Shown here piece after piece: positions 52,385-62,783 of a stretch of DNA of 64,000 bases. The first letter of the stretch is position 1; each line of letters begins with the position of its first letter. The DNA is from a virus: IMG/VR virus record IMGVR_UViG_3300045988_168162, positions 32,001 to 96,000 of that record; one strand, written 5' to 3'. Below the pieces are notes generated by a model. It did not search any database. It was not told where the DNA came from and saw only the letters and a list, made by a program, of their open reading frames with translations. The position numbers and the translations under genes were made by a program.

Positions 52385-53565
52385 ACAATTGGCCGATTTT
52401 TGAAGGAGAGACAGAGGACCATTACGTTTACCGCATTTGTTCCATGAAAGACCAGATTGGCACATGGCCTGATGTGGCGAATGTTATCAATGAAACGCTG
52501 GGGCAGAATAAGGGCGAGTGCGCCTACCGCAAAACTTGGAAGGCTTTCCAGGACATGCAGGATGCTTGCGGCTATGACACGACTGACTCGCAGGCGGTAC
52601 TTGAAGAAATTAAGAATGAGCGGCGCGAGTTGGAAAAGGCCAAGGTCAAGTTCCGCGATGAGCGGAATGAGGTAAGCCGCCTGATGCGTGTACAAGCCCG
52701 CGGTGAATCCATGCGCGAGCTGATTGAACGCTGCATTGATGCCTATGACCCAGCTGAATATGAGCATGTGGATGTGATGCAGTGTGTGGGGCAGGGTGAT
52801 TGCGACCTTGTGGTACACCTGACGGATCTGCATGCGGGTATCCATATTGACAATACCTTTAATAAGTTTAACCAGGAGATCATGGCTTACCGGCTGCGGA
52901 AATACGCCGGAAAGATTACAGAGATCTGGCGGCGGCACAATGCCAAGAACTGCTACATAGTGCTTGGTGGCGACATGGTGAACGGTGCGATCCACGTAAA
53001 CAGCCGCCTGGAAAACAACGAGCATGTTGTGGACCAGGTGATCACGGCCAGTGAAGCTGTGAGCTGGTTTGTGGCAGAGATGGCCAAGCTGTTTGTAAAT
53101 GTGGAAGTGTACAGCGTGCCGGGCAACCATAGCCGTGTATTCCCTAATAAGGAAGACAACCAGTATGGGGAATATCTGGACAAGTTGGTGACGTATTTTG
53201 TTGGCGCGAAATGTGCCTGCATTAACAACATCCACATGCATGATAACAAAATTGACGATACCGTGGCGAATCTCACCGTGCGCGACCAGCTGATTTATGC
53301 TGTGCATGGAGATAAGGATGCGGCTGGCAGTGTTGTGCAGACCCTGACGATGATGACGGGTGCAAAACCGGCCATTGTACTGATGGGGCACCGCCATACA
53401 AATGCCTTGACTACTGTTTACGATACCAAGGTTTACGAGAGCGGCTGCGTGAATGGCCCTGACGGGTATTGCATGGAAAAAAGACTTAGAAATAAACCGG
53501 AGCAGACCGTGCTTGTGGTAAATGACCAGGGCGTGGACTGCGCTTATGATATTAAGCTGGATTAA
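52381..53565 (+). CDS. Calcineurin-like metallophosphoesterase (Mre11/SbcD-like motif set)
   Basis: VVHLTDLHAG, VLGGDMVNG, VPGNHSR, AVHGDKD, MGHRHTN. Confidence 0.7.
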   Translation: MNNWPIFEGETEDHYVYRICSMKDQIGTWPDVANVINETLGQNKGECAYRKTWKAFQDMQDACGYDTTDSQAVLEEIKNERRELEKAKVKFRDERNEVSRLMRVQARGESMRELIERCIDAYDPAEYEHVDVMQCVGQGDCDLVVHLTDLHAGIHIDNTFNKFNQEIMAYRLRKYAGKITEIWRRHNAKNCYIVLGGDMVNGAIHVNSRLENNEHVVDQVITASEAVSWFVAEMAKLFVNVEVYSVPGNHSRVFPNKEDNQYGEYLDKLVTYFVGAKCACINNIHMHDNKIDDTVANLTVRDQLIYAVHGDKDAAGSVVQTLTMMTGAKPAIVLMGHRHTNALTTVYDTKVYESGCVNGPDGYCMEKRLRNKPEQTVLVVNDQGVDCAYDIKLD

Positions 53566-53594
53566 GCCAGCGGGAATTTTGAGAGGGAAGGGGG

Positions 53595-53855
53595 ATGGTT
53601 TTTGTGGAAGACCATGAGAAGCAGCAGCCGGAATACTTTTGCAGCTATTCTGGACGGCTGACCAGTTTTTTGAAGGCTTTTGGACTGAGCTATAGCGAAC
53701 GAGCAAAGAACCCGATTACCGGCGCAACGTTTTGTATTTTTGAGCGGAACCAGAAGCTGCTGGATATTGTGGAGTTTTGGTCTGAGTGCCGTAACAAATT
53801 TAAGGATTACGACGAGGCCGGAAACCGTATTGAGCATGAGGCGGGTGATGCATGA
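53595..53855 (+). CDS. Hypothetical protein (86 aa)
   Basis: ORF track. Confidence 0.5.
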   Translation: MVFVEDHEKQQPEYFCSYSGRLTSFLKAFGLSYSERAKNPITGATFCIFERNQKLLDIVEFWSECRNKFKDYDEAGNRIEHEAGDA

Positions 53856-54901
53856 TGCCAGGACGGCCGAAAGGATCAAAGAATAAAGCGACTATTTTGC
53901 GGGAACACGCCGAGGCCCAAGCGCGAGCACAGCGCCGGATGGAAGAAGACGAGGTCCCCGCTTATTTTGTTTGTGCGCATTGCGGCAAGCGTTTTTTGAA
54001 ACAGCAGGAAAATTTTTCGGTTTGCCAGAGTACGCTTTGGGCCGGGAATAATTATTACCTGCCGATTTGTAATAACTGCCTGAACAAGCTGTTTGACCAT
54101 TACGTGGAGACATTGGGCAATGAGAACGATGCCTGCAAGCGTATTTGCATGAAGTTTGATATTTACTACAGCCAGTCGCTGCTTGACTCTACCGCGAAAC
54201 ATGCGCCAAATATCCCGCGCATGAAAGCCTGGCTGCGGCAAACCAATATGATCCAGCACAGAGGCAAGACATTTGATACATACCTTGCCGAAGTGGAAGG
54301 ACGTATCATCAATGAGCCGGAAGAAATCTTGGACGCTAAAGGCAAGGTTAGCCAGCGTATGCTGGAATTTTGGGGCCCAGGGTTTAAGGACCAGGATTAT
54401 GTATTTTTAGATAAGGAATACAAGGACTGGATCAGCCGGTATGAGTGTAAGACCAAAGCGCAGGAGGTTTTGTTTAAAAACATTGCTATTGCGCAGCTGA
54501 ACGGCATGAAGGTTGCCAAGACGGGTGATCCAAAGGATATTAAGACTGCCAACGACAACCTGCAAAGCCTGTTGGGAAGTGCAAATATCAAACCCAACCA
54601 GACAAACGATAATGCGCTGACAGATGCCAATACATTTGGCACACTGATTGAAAAGTGGGAACGGACAAAACCGATCCCAGAGCCTGACCCTGCATGGAAA
54701 GATGTAGATGGTATTGGGCATTACTTTAGAGTCTGGGTGCTTGGTACTTTGTGCGAATTGTTTAATTTAAAAAATCCATACAAGGCCGAATATGATGCCG
54801 AGATGGAGAAGTACACGGCGCATAAACCTGAGTACCATATGGACGAAGATGAGTCCAGCACCGCCGCAATCCGTAGCGCTGTTTTTGGCGAGGCAGAGTA
54901 A
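53852..54901 (+). CDS. Hypothetical protein; small-terminase candidate by position only (349 aa)
   Basis: Immediately upstream of the large terminase. Basic N-terminus MMPGRPKGSKNK and Cys clusters. Confidence 0.4.
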   Translation: MMPGRPKGSKNKATILREHAEAQARAQRRMEEDEVPAYFVCAHCGKRFLKQQENFSVCQSTLWAGNNYYLPICNNCLNKLFDHYVETLGNENDACKRICMKFDIYYSQSLLDSTAKHAPNIPRMKAWLRQTNMIQHRGKTFDTYLAEVEGRIINEPEEILDAKGKVSQRMLEFWGPGFKDQDYVFLDKEYKDWISRYECKTKAQEVLFKNIAIAQLNGMKVAKTGDPKDIKTANDNLQSLLGSANIKPNQTNDNALTDANTFGTLIEKWERTKPIPEPDPAWKDVDGIGHYFRVWVLGTLCELFNLKNPYKAEYDAEMEKYTAHKPEYHMDEDESSTAAIRSAVFGEAE

Positions 54902-54912
54902 GGCGGTGCATT

Positions 54913-56667
54913 ATGGCTCAGAAACGAATGAGTGCAAATGAAGTTGCGAATGACAAAGCCGACCGTGTGATGAATGCGGTGGCAATATGGTGCTCTTACT
55001 ACAGGGCGAATCCGCACAGATTTTGCAAAGACTACCTTAATATAGACCTGCATCCGTTCCAGATGATCCTGATTTATATGATGAATCTGGCAACGAATTT
55101 TTGCTTCACGGGCAGTCGAGGGTTAGGCAAGACTTACCTGACAGCGGTTTTTGTTGTTACGAGGGCAATCCTTTGGCCTAAGACGAAAATTTGTATAGCA
55201 GCAAAGACGCGCGGCCAAGGGATACAAGTTCTTGAAAAGATAACAAAAGAGTTGATGCCAAACTCTGGTCTGTTGCGAGGAGAAATTAAGGATGTAGTAA
55301 TTAACCAAAGTAATGCGCAAATTACGTTCCGTAATGGAAGTTACATAGAAGTTGTTACCGCGAACGATAACTCCCGTGGCCACCGTGCCAATTTATTGGT
55401 ATGCGACGAGTTCCGTATGATCAATAAAGATGTCATCGACCTTGTTTTGAAGAAGTTTTTGACAGTTGCAAGACAGCCTGGATATTTGAAGAAGCCGGAG
55501 TACAAACATCTGATTGAGAGACCAAAGGAAATGTATTTGAGCAGTTCGTGGTTTCAGAGCCATTGGTCATGGCAGCTATGCAAAGACTACTTTGTATCAA
55601 TGCTTGACCCCAATAAAAAATATTTCTGTTTCCGGTTCCCATATCAGATGCCTGTTAAGGAAGGTATGTTGTCAATTGAGCAGGTAGAAGATGAGATGGC
55701 TGAATCCTCGTTCAGTGATATCAAGTTCCGTATGGAAATGGAAGCTATGTTTATTGGGGCTACAGATGGAGGATTGTTCAGTTTCGACGACATCAACAAA
55801 GTTCGCAATTTGAAGAAGCCGTTCTATGCACCCAATGTGATACTTGGCGGCAAAGATTTTGTACCGCCCGCAAAGAAGCCGGGGGAAAAGCGAATCTTGA
55901 CGGCTGATATTGCTTTGATGAGCAGCAAGCACAACGACAATGATGCCACGAGTATTTTCCTGAACAGCCTAGTACCGGATAGTTCTGGGCGTTGTACCAG
56001 CAATATGGTGTATACGGAAAACTGCGAGGGTATCATCACGCAGGATCTGGTGCTTAAACTGCGCCGGTATTTTAAGTGGTTTGACTGCGACTACATTGGC
56101 ATTGATGCCAAGGGCCTTGGTGCCCCCATTATGGATTTGCTGATGCATGAGTGTTATGACCCGGAGACGGGGGAGACTTATCCGCCGCTGAATTGTTGTA
56201 ACAACCCGGACTTTCAGGAACGGTGCCCGGACAAAACTGCGCCAAAGGTGATTTGGGCTATCCTGGGCAGCGCACAGCTGAACAATGATGCTACGATTTC
56301 TTTGCGAAGTGGCATACAGCAGGGAAGAATCCGGTTTTTGGAATCGGAATACGACTGCGAGGACTTGCTGCGCAAGGAGATAAAAGGTTACGACAAGATG
56401 ACGCCGACAGAAAAGACGGCTTTGCAGCTACCTTTTATAAACACGGGGCTGATGGTAAACGAATTGGTGAACCTGGAATATGAGGCCACTAATAACGTGA
56501 TCAAAGTACATGAGAAGCCTGGTGCCCGCAAAGACCGCTACAGCTCGGTTAGTTATAACTACTACATCGCACAGCAAGTAGAACGAAGCATGGCGAAAAA
56601 CTATGCTAAGAGCAAGAAAATTGAAATAAACTTTAGAGCGCCGAATCTGAGGAGGGGTAGCTTATGA
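54913..56667 (+). CDS. terL: Terminase large subunit
   Basis: Walker A GSRGLGKTYL, Walker B LLVCDEF. Size and position, directly before the portal gene, fit. Confidence 0.85.
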   Translation: MAQKRMSANEVANDKADRVMNAVAIWCSYYRANPHRFCKDYLNIDLHPFQMILIYMMNLATNFCFTGSRGLGKTYLTAVFVVTRAILWPKTKICIAAKTRGQGIQVLEKITKELMPNSGLLRGEIKDVVINQSNAQITFRNGSYIEVVTANDNSRGHRANLLVCDEFRMINKDVIDLVLKKFLTVARQPGYLKKPEYKHLIERPKEMYLSSSWFQSHWSWQLCKDYFVSMLDPNKKYFCFRFPYQMPVKEGMLSIEQVEDEMAESSFSDIKFRMEMEAMFIGATDGGLFSFDDINKVRNLKKPFYAPNVILGGKDFVPPAKKPGEKRILTADIALMSSKHNDNDATSIFLNSLVPDSSGRCTSNMVYTENCEGIITQDLVLKLRRYFKWFDCDYIGIDAKGLGAPIMDLLMHECYDPETGETYPPLNCCNNPDFQERCPDKTAPKVIWAILGSAQLNNDATISLRSGIQQGRIRFLESEYDCEDLLRKEIKGYDKMTPTEKTALQLPFINTGLMVNELVNLEYEATNNVIKVHEKPGARKDRYSSVSYNYYIAQQVERSMAKNYAKSKKIEINFRAPNLRRGSL

Positions 56668-58190
56668 CAGATAAGGAACAGCGTCAGGTTGCCGTGATTT
56701 CCCCAGACGGCAAGCGTAATTATGTGCCGGTCTCGGAATTTATGAGCAAGCTGCGCTATGCAAACTTGTCCAACATTAAAGTAAGAGACCTGGAAAACAA
56801 CAAAGATTACAACCCCACATATCGCAAATACACGAAATCACAGATCGTGACCTACCTGAGCAACCCGGCCAGCTATGAAACGCAGCTGCGCCAGATGAGC
56901 CAGTACCTTTTTAATATATCGAACTATTACCGGCGGCTGATCCAGTATTTTGCTAGTATGAGTATGTTCAGCTACATTGTGGTGCCGTATGGTGTTGACT
57001 ACTCCAAGAGCGTGAACGTAAACAAGTTTAAAAAGGGATATTACGGTGTCATTAGCCAGTTGGAACGTATGAATATCCGGCACGAGTTCTCGAAGGTATT
57101 GATGGTTGCATTCCGGGATGATGTGTATTACGGATATGCCTGGGAGACCAATGACAGTTATGCTTTACAGCAGTTGGACCCGGATTATTGTAAGATTTCC
57201 AGCATTGAAGATGGTGTTTACAATTTTGCGTTCAACTTTAGCTATTTTGATGCTAACAGCGAGCGGCTGCCGAATTTCCCGCCGGAATTTACCACGATGT
57301 ATAACGCTTACCAGAAAGACACCAACCTGAAATGGCAGGAGCTTTCCAGTGAGAATTCTGTTTGCATTAAGATCAATGAGCAAACCTATGTGCCGATCCC
57401 GCCCTTTGTGAGTCTGTTTAGTGCATTGGCGGACATTGAAGACTACCGCGCTATCAGCAAAAATGCCAGCGAAGTGAACAACTACAAAGCATTGGCGCTG
57501 GAAATCCCGGTTGATGATGAAGGTACTTTTTTGATCGACTATGATTTGTGCAAGGACTTCTACGATATGCTGTGCAACGTGTTGCCGGAAAATATCGGAG
57601 CCTTTATGAGCCCGATGAAAGTATCCAGCTGGGATTTTGAAAAGAGCGGTGCCGTGAGCGGTAGTGATGATGTTGAGAAGGCTGAAGCGTCCATGTGGAC
57701 GCAAGCTGGCGTAAACAGCATCCTGTTTGGCGGCGGAGATAAGGACTCGGCCACCTCGGTCAAATGGTCCACCATCAACGACCAGATGATCGTGTTTACT
57801 GTGATGCGGCAAATTGAACGCTGGATCAACCGCAAATTGAAGAGTGTTTCTACGGCATATAAGTTTAAGGTAAATATCTTAGATGTTACATATTTTAACC
57901 GTGACGAGATGCATGACCGCTATATTAAGGACGGCCAGTATGGATTGCCTGTCCGCGCTGCTATTATGGCGACCGGCGGCTATACGCCCAGTGATGTAGA
58001 AAACCTGATGTATTTGGAAAACACGATTTTGGACTTGAGTTCCAAGGAAGTGCCGCTGAAAAGCTCCAATACGCAGACTGTAGATAACGGTGACGGCGGA
58101 CGGCCTACCAATGAGAGCCAGGGGAAAGACCTGAGCGATGCGGGGGCTGTCACACAGAAGAATGACTCCAACGCGAACTCGGAGGGCTAA
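56664..58190 (+). CDS. Portal protein
   Basis: 508 aa. ATGA overlap with terL; position in the head module. Confidence 0.7.
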   Translation: MTDKEQRQVAVISPDGKRNYVPVSEFMSKLRYANLSNIKVRDLENNKDYNPTYRKYTKSQIVTYLSNPASYETQLRQMSQYLFNISNYYRRLIQYFASMSMFSYIVVPYGVDYSKSVNVNKFKKGYYGVISQLERMNIRHEFSKVLMVAFRDDVYYGYAWETNDSYALQQLDPDYCKISSIEDGVYNFAFNFSYFDANSERLPNFPPEFTTMYNAYQKDTNLKWQELSSENSVCIKINEQTYVPIPPFVSLFSALADIEDYRAISKNASEVNNYKALALEIPVDDEGTFLIDYDLCKDFYDMLCNVLPENIGAFMSPMKVSSWDFEKSGAVSGSDDVEKAEASMWTQAGVNSILFGGGDKDSATSVKWSTINDQMIVFTVMRQIERWINRKLKSVSTAYKFKVNILDVTYFNRDEMHDRYIKDGQYGLPVRAAIMATGGYTPSDVENLMYLENTILDLSSKEVPLKSSNTQTVDNGDGGRPTNESQGKDLSDAGAVTQKNDSNANSEG

Positions 58191-58196
58191 TGCTTT

Positions 58197-58382
58197 ATGG
58201 TAAAAGAAGTAAAGGTCCGAGGACGAGCGATTGCGCTGCACCTGATTTTGGGCGGTGCGGCTTTAGTGCGTGAAGAAAAAGACGAGGCAGGGCATAAGAT
58301 TTATGTGTTTGTTTTGGAAGATTGGCGCATTGAAGAGCTAAAAGAATATGTGAAAGAACAACAGGATAGAAACTACTTTTGA
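58197..58382 (+). CDS. Hypothetical protein (61 aa)
   Basis: ORF track. Confidence 0.45.
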   Translation: MVKEVKVRGRAIALHLILGGAALVREEKDEAGHKIYVFVLEDWRIEELKEYVKEQQDRNYF

Positions 58383-58438
58383 CCGGCGGCCGGGCTTATA
58401 CCCGACTGGCGGCCTTTTTGATTTGTGGGGGTATAACG

Positions 58439-60100
58439 GTGGATAAGAGACTTAACCGCTTGCCCGTCACCTTTGAGAAAACGGGAGAAGTTGCCGGTAA
58501 AGATGTGCGTTTTATCAACGTAACGATTGATGTGATGCACACCGGCGACAACTTGAACGGCTCCACTTTCTCGAAAGAGGTGGTGGAACAAGCTTTGGAC
58601 AGTATCAAGAATACACCGATCCTTGGTTATATTGAGCAGAACAAAGATGGCGACCTTGATTTTAAGGGCCATGAACATGAGCTGCAGGTAGACGAGGACG
58701 GTATTAAATATGTGTACGCGGGCAGTGCTTACGGAGTGATCCCGGAAAGCTGCAATGCCCGTTGGGTGACACGCGACGATGGAACGGGAACCGAGCGGGA
58801 GTACCTGCGCGTGGATGGTTTGCTGTGGACCAAATTTGATGATTCCTGTGATATTTTTACGCGGGATGGTGTGAAAGCGCAGAGCATGGAACTGACCGAA
58901 ATGGATGGCCGGGTAGATAAACGCGGTTATTACATTGTGGACAAGTTTGCCTTTGATGGCTGCTGTGTGCTTTCGACCACTGACCCGCGCATTAAGCCAG
59001 CTATGACGGGCAGCGAGGTTGTGGCGAATTTTAGCGCCGGGACGATTGCTGGCCAGATCAAGGATATGCTGGCTGAATACACAGCTTTACAAGGATCTCA
59101 ATCCTCCAAGGAGGCTGAGATAGATAATTTTGCGAAAGGAGAAGATGTTTTGGAGAAGAAGAATGAAATTCTTGCATCCTACGGCATCGATGCTTCTAAG
59201 CTGGATTTCTCTTTGGAGGATATTACCATTGAGGAACTGGAAGAGAAGTGCAAAGCCATGACGGCAGAGCCTGCTCAGGAACCGGAAGCTGAACCTGCTG
59301 CTGAAATGACGGCGGAAGAGCCGGAGCAGGAACCTGTCCAGGAGCCTGCTGCGCAGATGAGTGCCGAGCCTGAATCTGTTGAGCCTGCGGCCGAGCCGAA
59401 AGAGTTTAGCCTGACGGTAAACCAGCAGATGAACGAGCTGCGTAGTGCTATTGCTCAGGTTACTTTTGTTGACCGTTGGGGCGATGAAGGCGTCCGCTAC
59501 TGGATGCAGGATGTACAGGACAACCGTGCCATTGTTTGCGATATGCAGGACTGGAAAACTTACGCAATTCCGTTTGCCATGGACGGCGACAATGTTGTTG
59601 TTGACTGGGACGGTAAGAAGCGCGTGAAGGTACAGTATGTGGACTGGGAGGACGGCGCTGCCGAGCCTGAGCTGCCTGTGCTGTATGAAGAGCTGGCTGG
59701 CCGCATTGATGCTGCTAAGAAAGCGATCTCTGATTATGCAGAGGTAAAGGCACAGCTGAATGAGATCCAGCCGAAGTACGATGCCTATGTGGCTGCAGAA
59801 GCCGCCGCGAAACAGGCTGCTGATGAGGCGAAACGCGCACAGCTGTTTGAACTGATGGACAAAAAGCTGGAGGGTGTTGCAGAATATGCTGCCCTGCGCG
59901 AAAACAAGGATATGGAATTTAGTGCCCTTGAGGACGAGTGCTATAAGCTGCTTGGCAAGAAGGCCGCTGAATTCAGCTACATGCCGCCCAAAAATGCTAA
60001 GGGCGAAGTGAAGAATGCACGCTTTGGCGTGGACGGGGTCCAGATGCAGCCTGCTGAGGGCAAATACGGTGACCTGTTTGAACGCTATCACGTTCGATAA
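58439..60100 (+). CDS. Head scaffold / prohead-protease-like protein (about 553 aa)
   Basis: GTG 58439 lies after GGGGGT. Acidic Pro/Glu repeat AEPAQEPEAEPAAEMTAEEPEQEPVQEPAAQ and a coiled-coil C-terminus. Sits between portal and capsid. Confidence 0.5.
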   Translation: MDKRLNRLPVTFEKTGEVAGKDVRFINVTIDVMHTGDNLNGSTFSKEVVEQALDSIKNTPILGYIEQNKDGDLDFKGHEHELQVDEDGIKYVYAGSAYGVIPESCNARWVTRDDGTGTEREYLRVDGLLWTKFDDSCDIFTRDGVKAQSMELTEMDGRVDKRGYYIVDKFAFDGCCVLSTTDPRIKPAMTGSEVVANFSAGTIAGQIKDMLAEYTALQGSQSSKEAEIDNFAKGEDVLEKKNEILASYGIDASKLDFSLEDITIEELEEKCKAMTAEPAQEPEAEPAAEMTAEEPEQEPVQEPAAQMSAEPESVEPAAEPKEFSLTVNQQMNELRSAIAQVTFVDRWGDEGVRYWMQDVQDNRAIVCDMQDWKTYAIPFAMDGDNVVVDWDGKKRVKVQYVDWEDGAAEPELPVLYEELAGRIDAAKKAISDYAEVKAQLNEIQPKYDAYVAAEAAAKQAADEAKRAQLFELMDKKLEGVAEYAALRENKDMEFSALEDECYKLLGKKAAEFSYMPPKNAKGEVKNARFGVDGVQMQPAEGKYGDLFERYHVR

Positions 60101-60134
60101 ATTAAAAAAACATACCATATGGAGGTAATTTACT

Positions 60135-60644
60135 ATGGCTGAAAAGCATGCTGTTGTGCGTCTGGACAATATGTCCGGCACCAAAGATGGCTCTCTGCTG
60201 AAGAGTGTCAAGGTTTATAAGAGCGATGCCGCTGTTGCGATTGATAACGCACAGCTGGTTGTCCTGGGTGACCGCGAGGGTCGTGAAGTTTATAAGGCTA
60301 CCGCTCCTGTCGCCGCTTCTAAGGTTTCTGACCTGGTGCTGATTGCCAGCGAGGAGCTGTTCTATGATGAGACCCGCACCCACTACCTGACCGAGTGGGA
60401 GAACGAGGCCGGTTCTATCTGCCGTGGCTATAAGCTGCACAACGGCGACATTTTTAGTGCCACCGCCGAGGCATTTAACGAGGCCCCCGCTGTTGGCAAG
60501 TTTGTTGGCTTTGCTGCTGATGACACCAAGATCCAGGTCCAGGCCGCTGCCGACGATAAGACCTTTGGTAAGATTGCCAGCTCTGAGAAGGTTGGCTTTG
60601 GCGACGGCGCTTACGAGTATTTCGAGATCGACGTTGCTCTGTAA
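60135..60644 (+). CDS. Head-module protein (169 aa; decoration/scaffold candidate)
   Basis: Strong SD GGAGGT; highly-expressed-type codon usage; precedes the capsid gene. Confidence 0.5.
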   Translation: MAEKHAVVRLDNMSGTKDGSLLKSVKVYKSDAAVAIDNAQLVVLGDREGREVYKATAPVAASKVSDLVLIASEELFYDETRTHYLTEWENEAGSICRGYKLHNGDIFSATAEAFNEAPAVGKFVGFAADDTKIQVQAAADDKTFGKIASSEKVGFGDGAYEYFEIDVAL

Positions 60645-60684
60645 TTGACGGTTAGCTAAAACTAATTAAATGTTGAAATTATCT

Positions 60685-60716
60685 GCGCTGCCCTGAAATA
60701 TGGGCGGCGCTTTTTC
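60685..60716 (+). terminator. Rho-independent terminator
   Basis: GCGCTGCCC-N8-GGGCGGCGC followed by TTTTT. Confidence 0.65.
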
Positions 60717-60735
60717 TATTTAGGAGGAAAATACT

Positions 60736-61728
60736 ATGATCGATGAGAAGCTGATTAAGCTTGCCGTTGACGGCTACCATGGTCGACTGGGCAATGAATA
60801 TAGCGTTGCTGACAGCCAGGAAGTGCTGCGCCAGGCGCTGATTGAGGCTAATAATGGCAGCACCAAGCTGGATTACAAGGCCGTTCGTGATGGTAAATGC
60901 CAGAATCTGTTCGCTATTGCCGAAGTCCTGGTCGAGAAGGTCAGCGAGGAAGGTCTGAAGGGCGACGAGTTCTTTACCAACTTTATTGAGGACCGCAACA
61001 AGGCGCTGGGCGACGAGGATGTTTTCCATATCACCAAGGATTGCCTGTTTGCCATTGCTGACATTGCCGAGGGCACCCAGGGCATTCGTCGTCAGCGCAT
61101 TGAGGCTGGCCAGGACATTACCCTGCACACCAAGCTGCAGGCTGTCAAGGTTTACGAGGAGCTGAACCGCGTTCTGGCTGGTCGTGTTGACTTTAACCAC
61201 ATGGTTGAGTTGGTTGGCCGCAGCTTTACCCAGAATGATCTGGACGCTGCCTATGCCGCTTTCAATGGCCTGGTTGGCAGCCTGAGTGCCCCCTACATGC
61301 AGACCGGCACCTTTGACGAGGATAAGATGCTGGACCTGATTGCCCATGTTGAGGCTTCTACCGGCGAGACCGCTACCATTGTTGGCACCAAGAAGGCTCT
61401 GCGTAAGATCACTACTGCTGTTATGGCTGATGAGGCCAAGAGCGACATTTACGCAATGGGCTACATGGGCAAACTGGCAGGTACTAACCTGATCTCCATG
61501 AAGCAGCGCCACCAGATTGGCTCTACCAACTTTATCCTGCCTGACGACGTGCTGTATGTTATTGCTGGCGACACCAAGCCCGTGAAGCGCGTTACCGAGG
61601 GCAGTGTTACTATGCTGATGGGCGACCCCATGAACAATGCTGATTTGAGCCAGGATTACCTGATGATGAAGCGCACCGGCATTGGCCTGATCATGGACCG
61701 TGATTTTGGTGTTTACAAGCTGTCCTGA
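60736..61728 (+). CDS. Major capsid protein candidate (330 aa)
   Basis: AGGAGG upstream, biased codon usage, strong terminator directly after; size and position are typical of an HK97-fold MCP. Confidence 0.65.
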   Translation: MIDEKLIKLAVDGYHGRLGNEYSVADSQEVLRQALIEANNGSTKLDYKAVRDGKCQNLFAIAEVLVEKVSEEGLKGDEFFTNFIEDRNKALGDEDVFHITKDCLFAIADIAEGTQGIRRQRIEAGQDITLHTKLQAVKVYEELNRVLAGRVDFNHMVELVGRSFTQNDLDAAYAAFNGLVGSLSAPYMQTGTFDEDKMLDLIAHVEASTGETATIVGTKKALRKITTAVMADEAKSDIYAMGYMGKLAGTNLISMKQRHQIGSTNFILPDDVLYVIAGDTKPVKRVTEGSVTMLMGDPMNNADLSQDYLMMKRTGIGLIMDRDFGVYKLS

Positions 61729-61746
61729 TAGATAGCGTAACAATAT

Positions 61747-61780
61747 CCCTGGGCGGGTGACCGCCTGGGGCTTTTTATTT
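61747..61780 (+). terminator. Rho-independent terminator
   Basis: CCCTGGGCGG-GTGA-CCGCCTGGGG followed by CTTTTTATTT. Confidence 0.75.
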
Positions 61781-61803
61781 GAGTATTTTTGGAGGTACTT
61801 ATT

Positions 61804-62322
61804 TTGGCAGCAACAAGAAAAATCACGAACGACACCATGGTGGAATGTAAAAACGGCACCCATGGCCCACTGATTTACAAGAGTAGCCGCAATGCCGGTT
61901 ATGTTGTGGAGTGGGAGAACTTTGGCGAGGTGCAGGAGATCGACTATGGTGAGCTTTTGAATATGCGAGCCAGCCAGCAGCGCTTTTTCCGCGATAACTG
62001 GATCTTGATTGAAGATGCAGAGGTACTGAGAAAGCTTGGTATGGACCGTTATTACAAAAACGCTCTGACTACGGAGAATTTTGACGAGGTGTTCCACTGG
62101 GCACCCGCCGACATCCGCAGCAAAGTAGCAGCTATGAGCAACGGTATGAAGGACTCTATCCGTATCCGTGCCAAGGAGCTGGTGAAAACCGGAGAACTGG
62201 ACAGCCGCGGCGTGATCAAAGCACTGAACGAGGTGCTGCACTGCGACCTGGAAGAAGATATTGAGCTGGAAACCAAGAAGCCCAAAGCCAAGAAAGCCAT
62301 TGAGACTTTTACCATTGAATAA
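61804..62322 (+). CDS. Hypothetical head-module protein (about 172 aa)
   Basis: TTG 61804 lies 7 nt after GGAGGT, in frame with the ORF-track call. Confidence 0.5.
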   Translation: MAATRKITNDTMVECKNGTHGPLIYKSSRNAGYVVEWENFGEVQEIDYGELLNMRASQQRFFRDNWILIEDAEVLRKLGMDRYYKNALTTENFDEVFHWAPADIRSKVAAMSNGMKDSIRIRAKELVKTGELDSRGVIKALNEVLHCDLEEDIELETKKPKAKKAIETFTIE

Positions 62323-62336
62323 TGGAGGTGTGAGCC

Positions 62337-62771
62337 ATGGGCACTAAATACGAGGAAGTCTATGAGCGTTATCGTGCCCGAGTTCGCAACTACGAATTTC
62401 TGGACTACGATGCATTGACACGCGGGACATATCAGCTGGATCTTTTACATTTGGCTATTAGTGATTTTGAGGAGATCTGCAAGCAGGATTTAAACGATAG
62501 GGAAGACGATATCCTGCGCTTTAACATTACTTTGACCAACCGGGAGAAGGATATTTTGGCGCTGGGAATGGTACTTCATTTCGTGGAGCCATATGTGTAC
62601 AACACGGATGCTTTGCAGAATGCCTTGAACACAAAGGACTTTACGCTATACAGCCCAGCCAATCTGCTGGAAAAGATGACAGACTTGATGAACATTACCA
62701 GCAAGCGGCTGAAAGGGGAGATCAACCTGTATTCCTTTAGGAATGGAGAGATTTCCAGCCTGACCGAGTGA
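62337..62771 (+). CDS. Hypothetical protein (144 aa; head-tail connector candidate by position)
   Basis: ORF track; GGAGGTG upstream. Confidence 0.5.
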   Translation: MGTKYEEVYERYRARVRNYEFLDYDALTRGTYQLDLLHLAISDFEEICKQDLNDREDDILRFNITLTNREKDILALGMVLHFVEPYVYNTDALQNALNTKDFTLYSPANLLEKMTDLMNITSKRLKGEINLYSFRNGEISSLTE

Positions 62772-62783
62772 GGTGATGTCCCC

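Noticed and set aside
52108-53706. 532-aa minus-strand ORF
   Set aside because: It is antisense to the metallophosphoesterase gene, which has all five calcineurin-like motifs. Its composition is His/Val/Leu-rich nonsense, and it has no RBS.
59087-62241. 374-aa and 520-aa minus-strand ORFs across the scaffold and capsid genes
   Set aside because: They are antisense shadows of highly codon-biased + strand head genes. They interrupt an otherwise uniform rightward structural operon.
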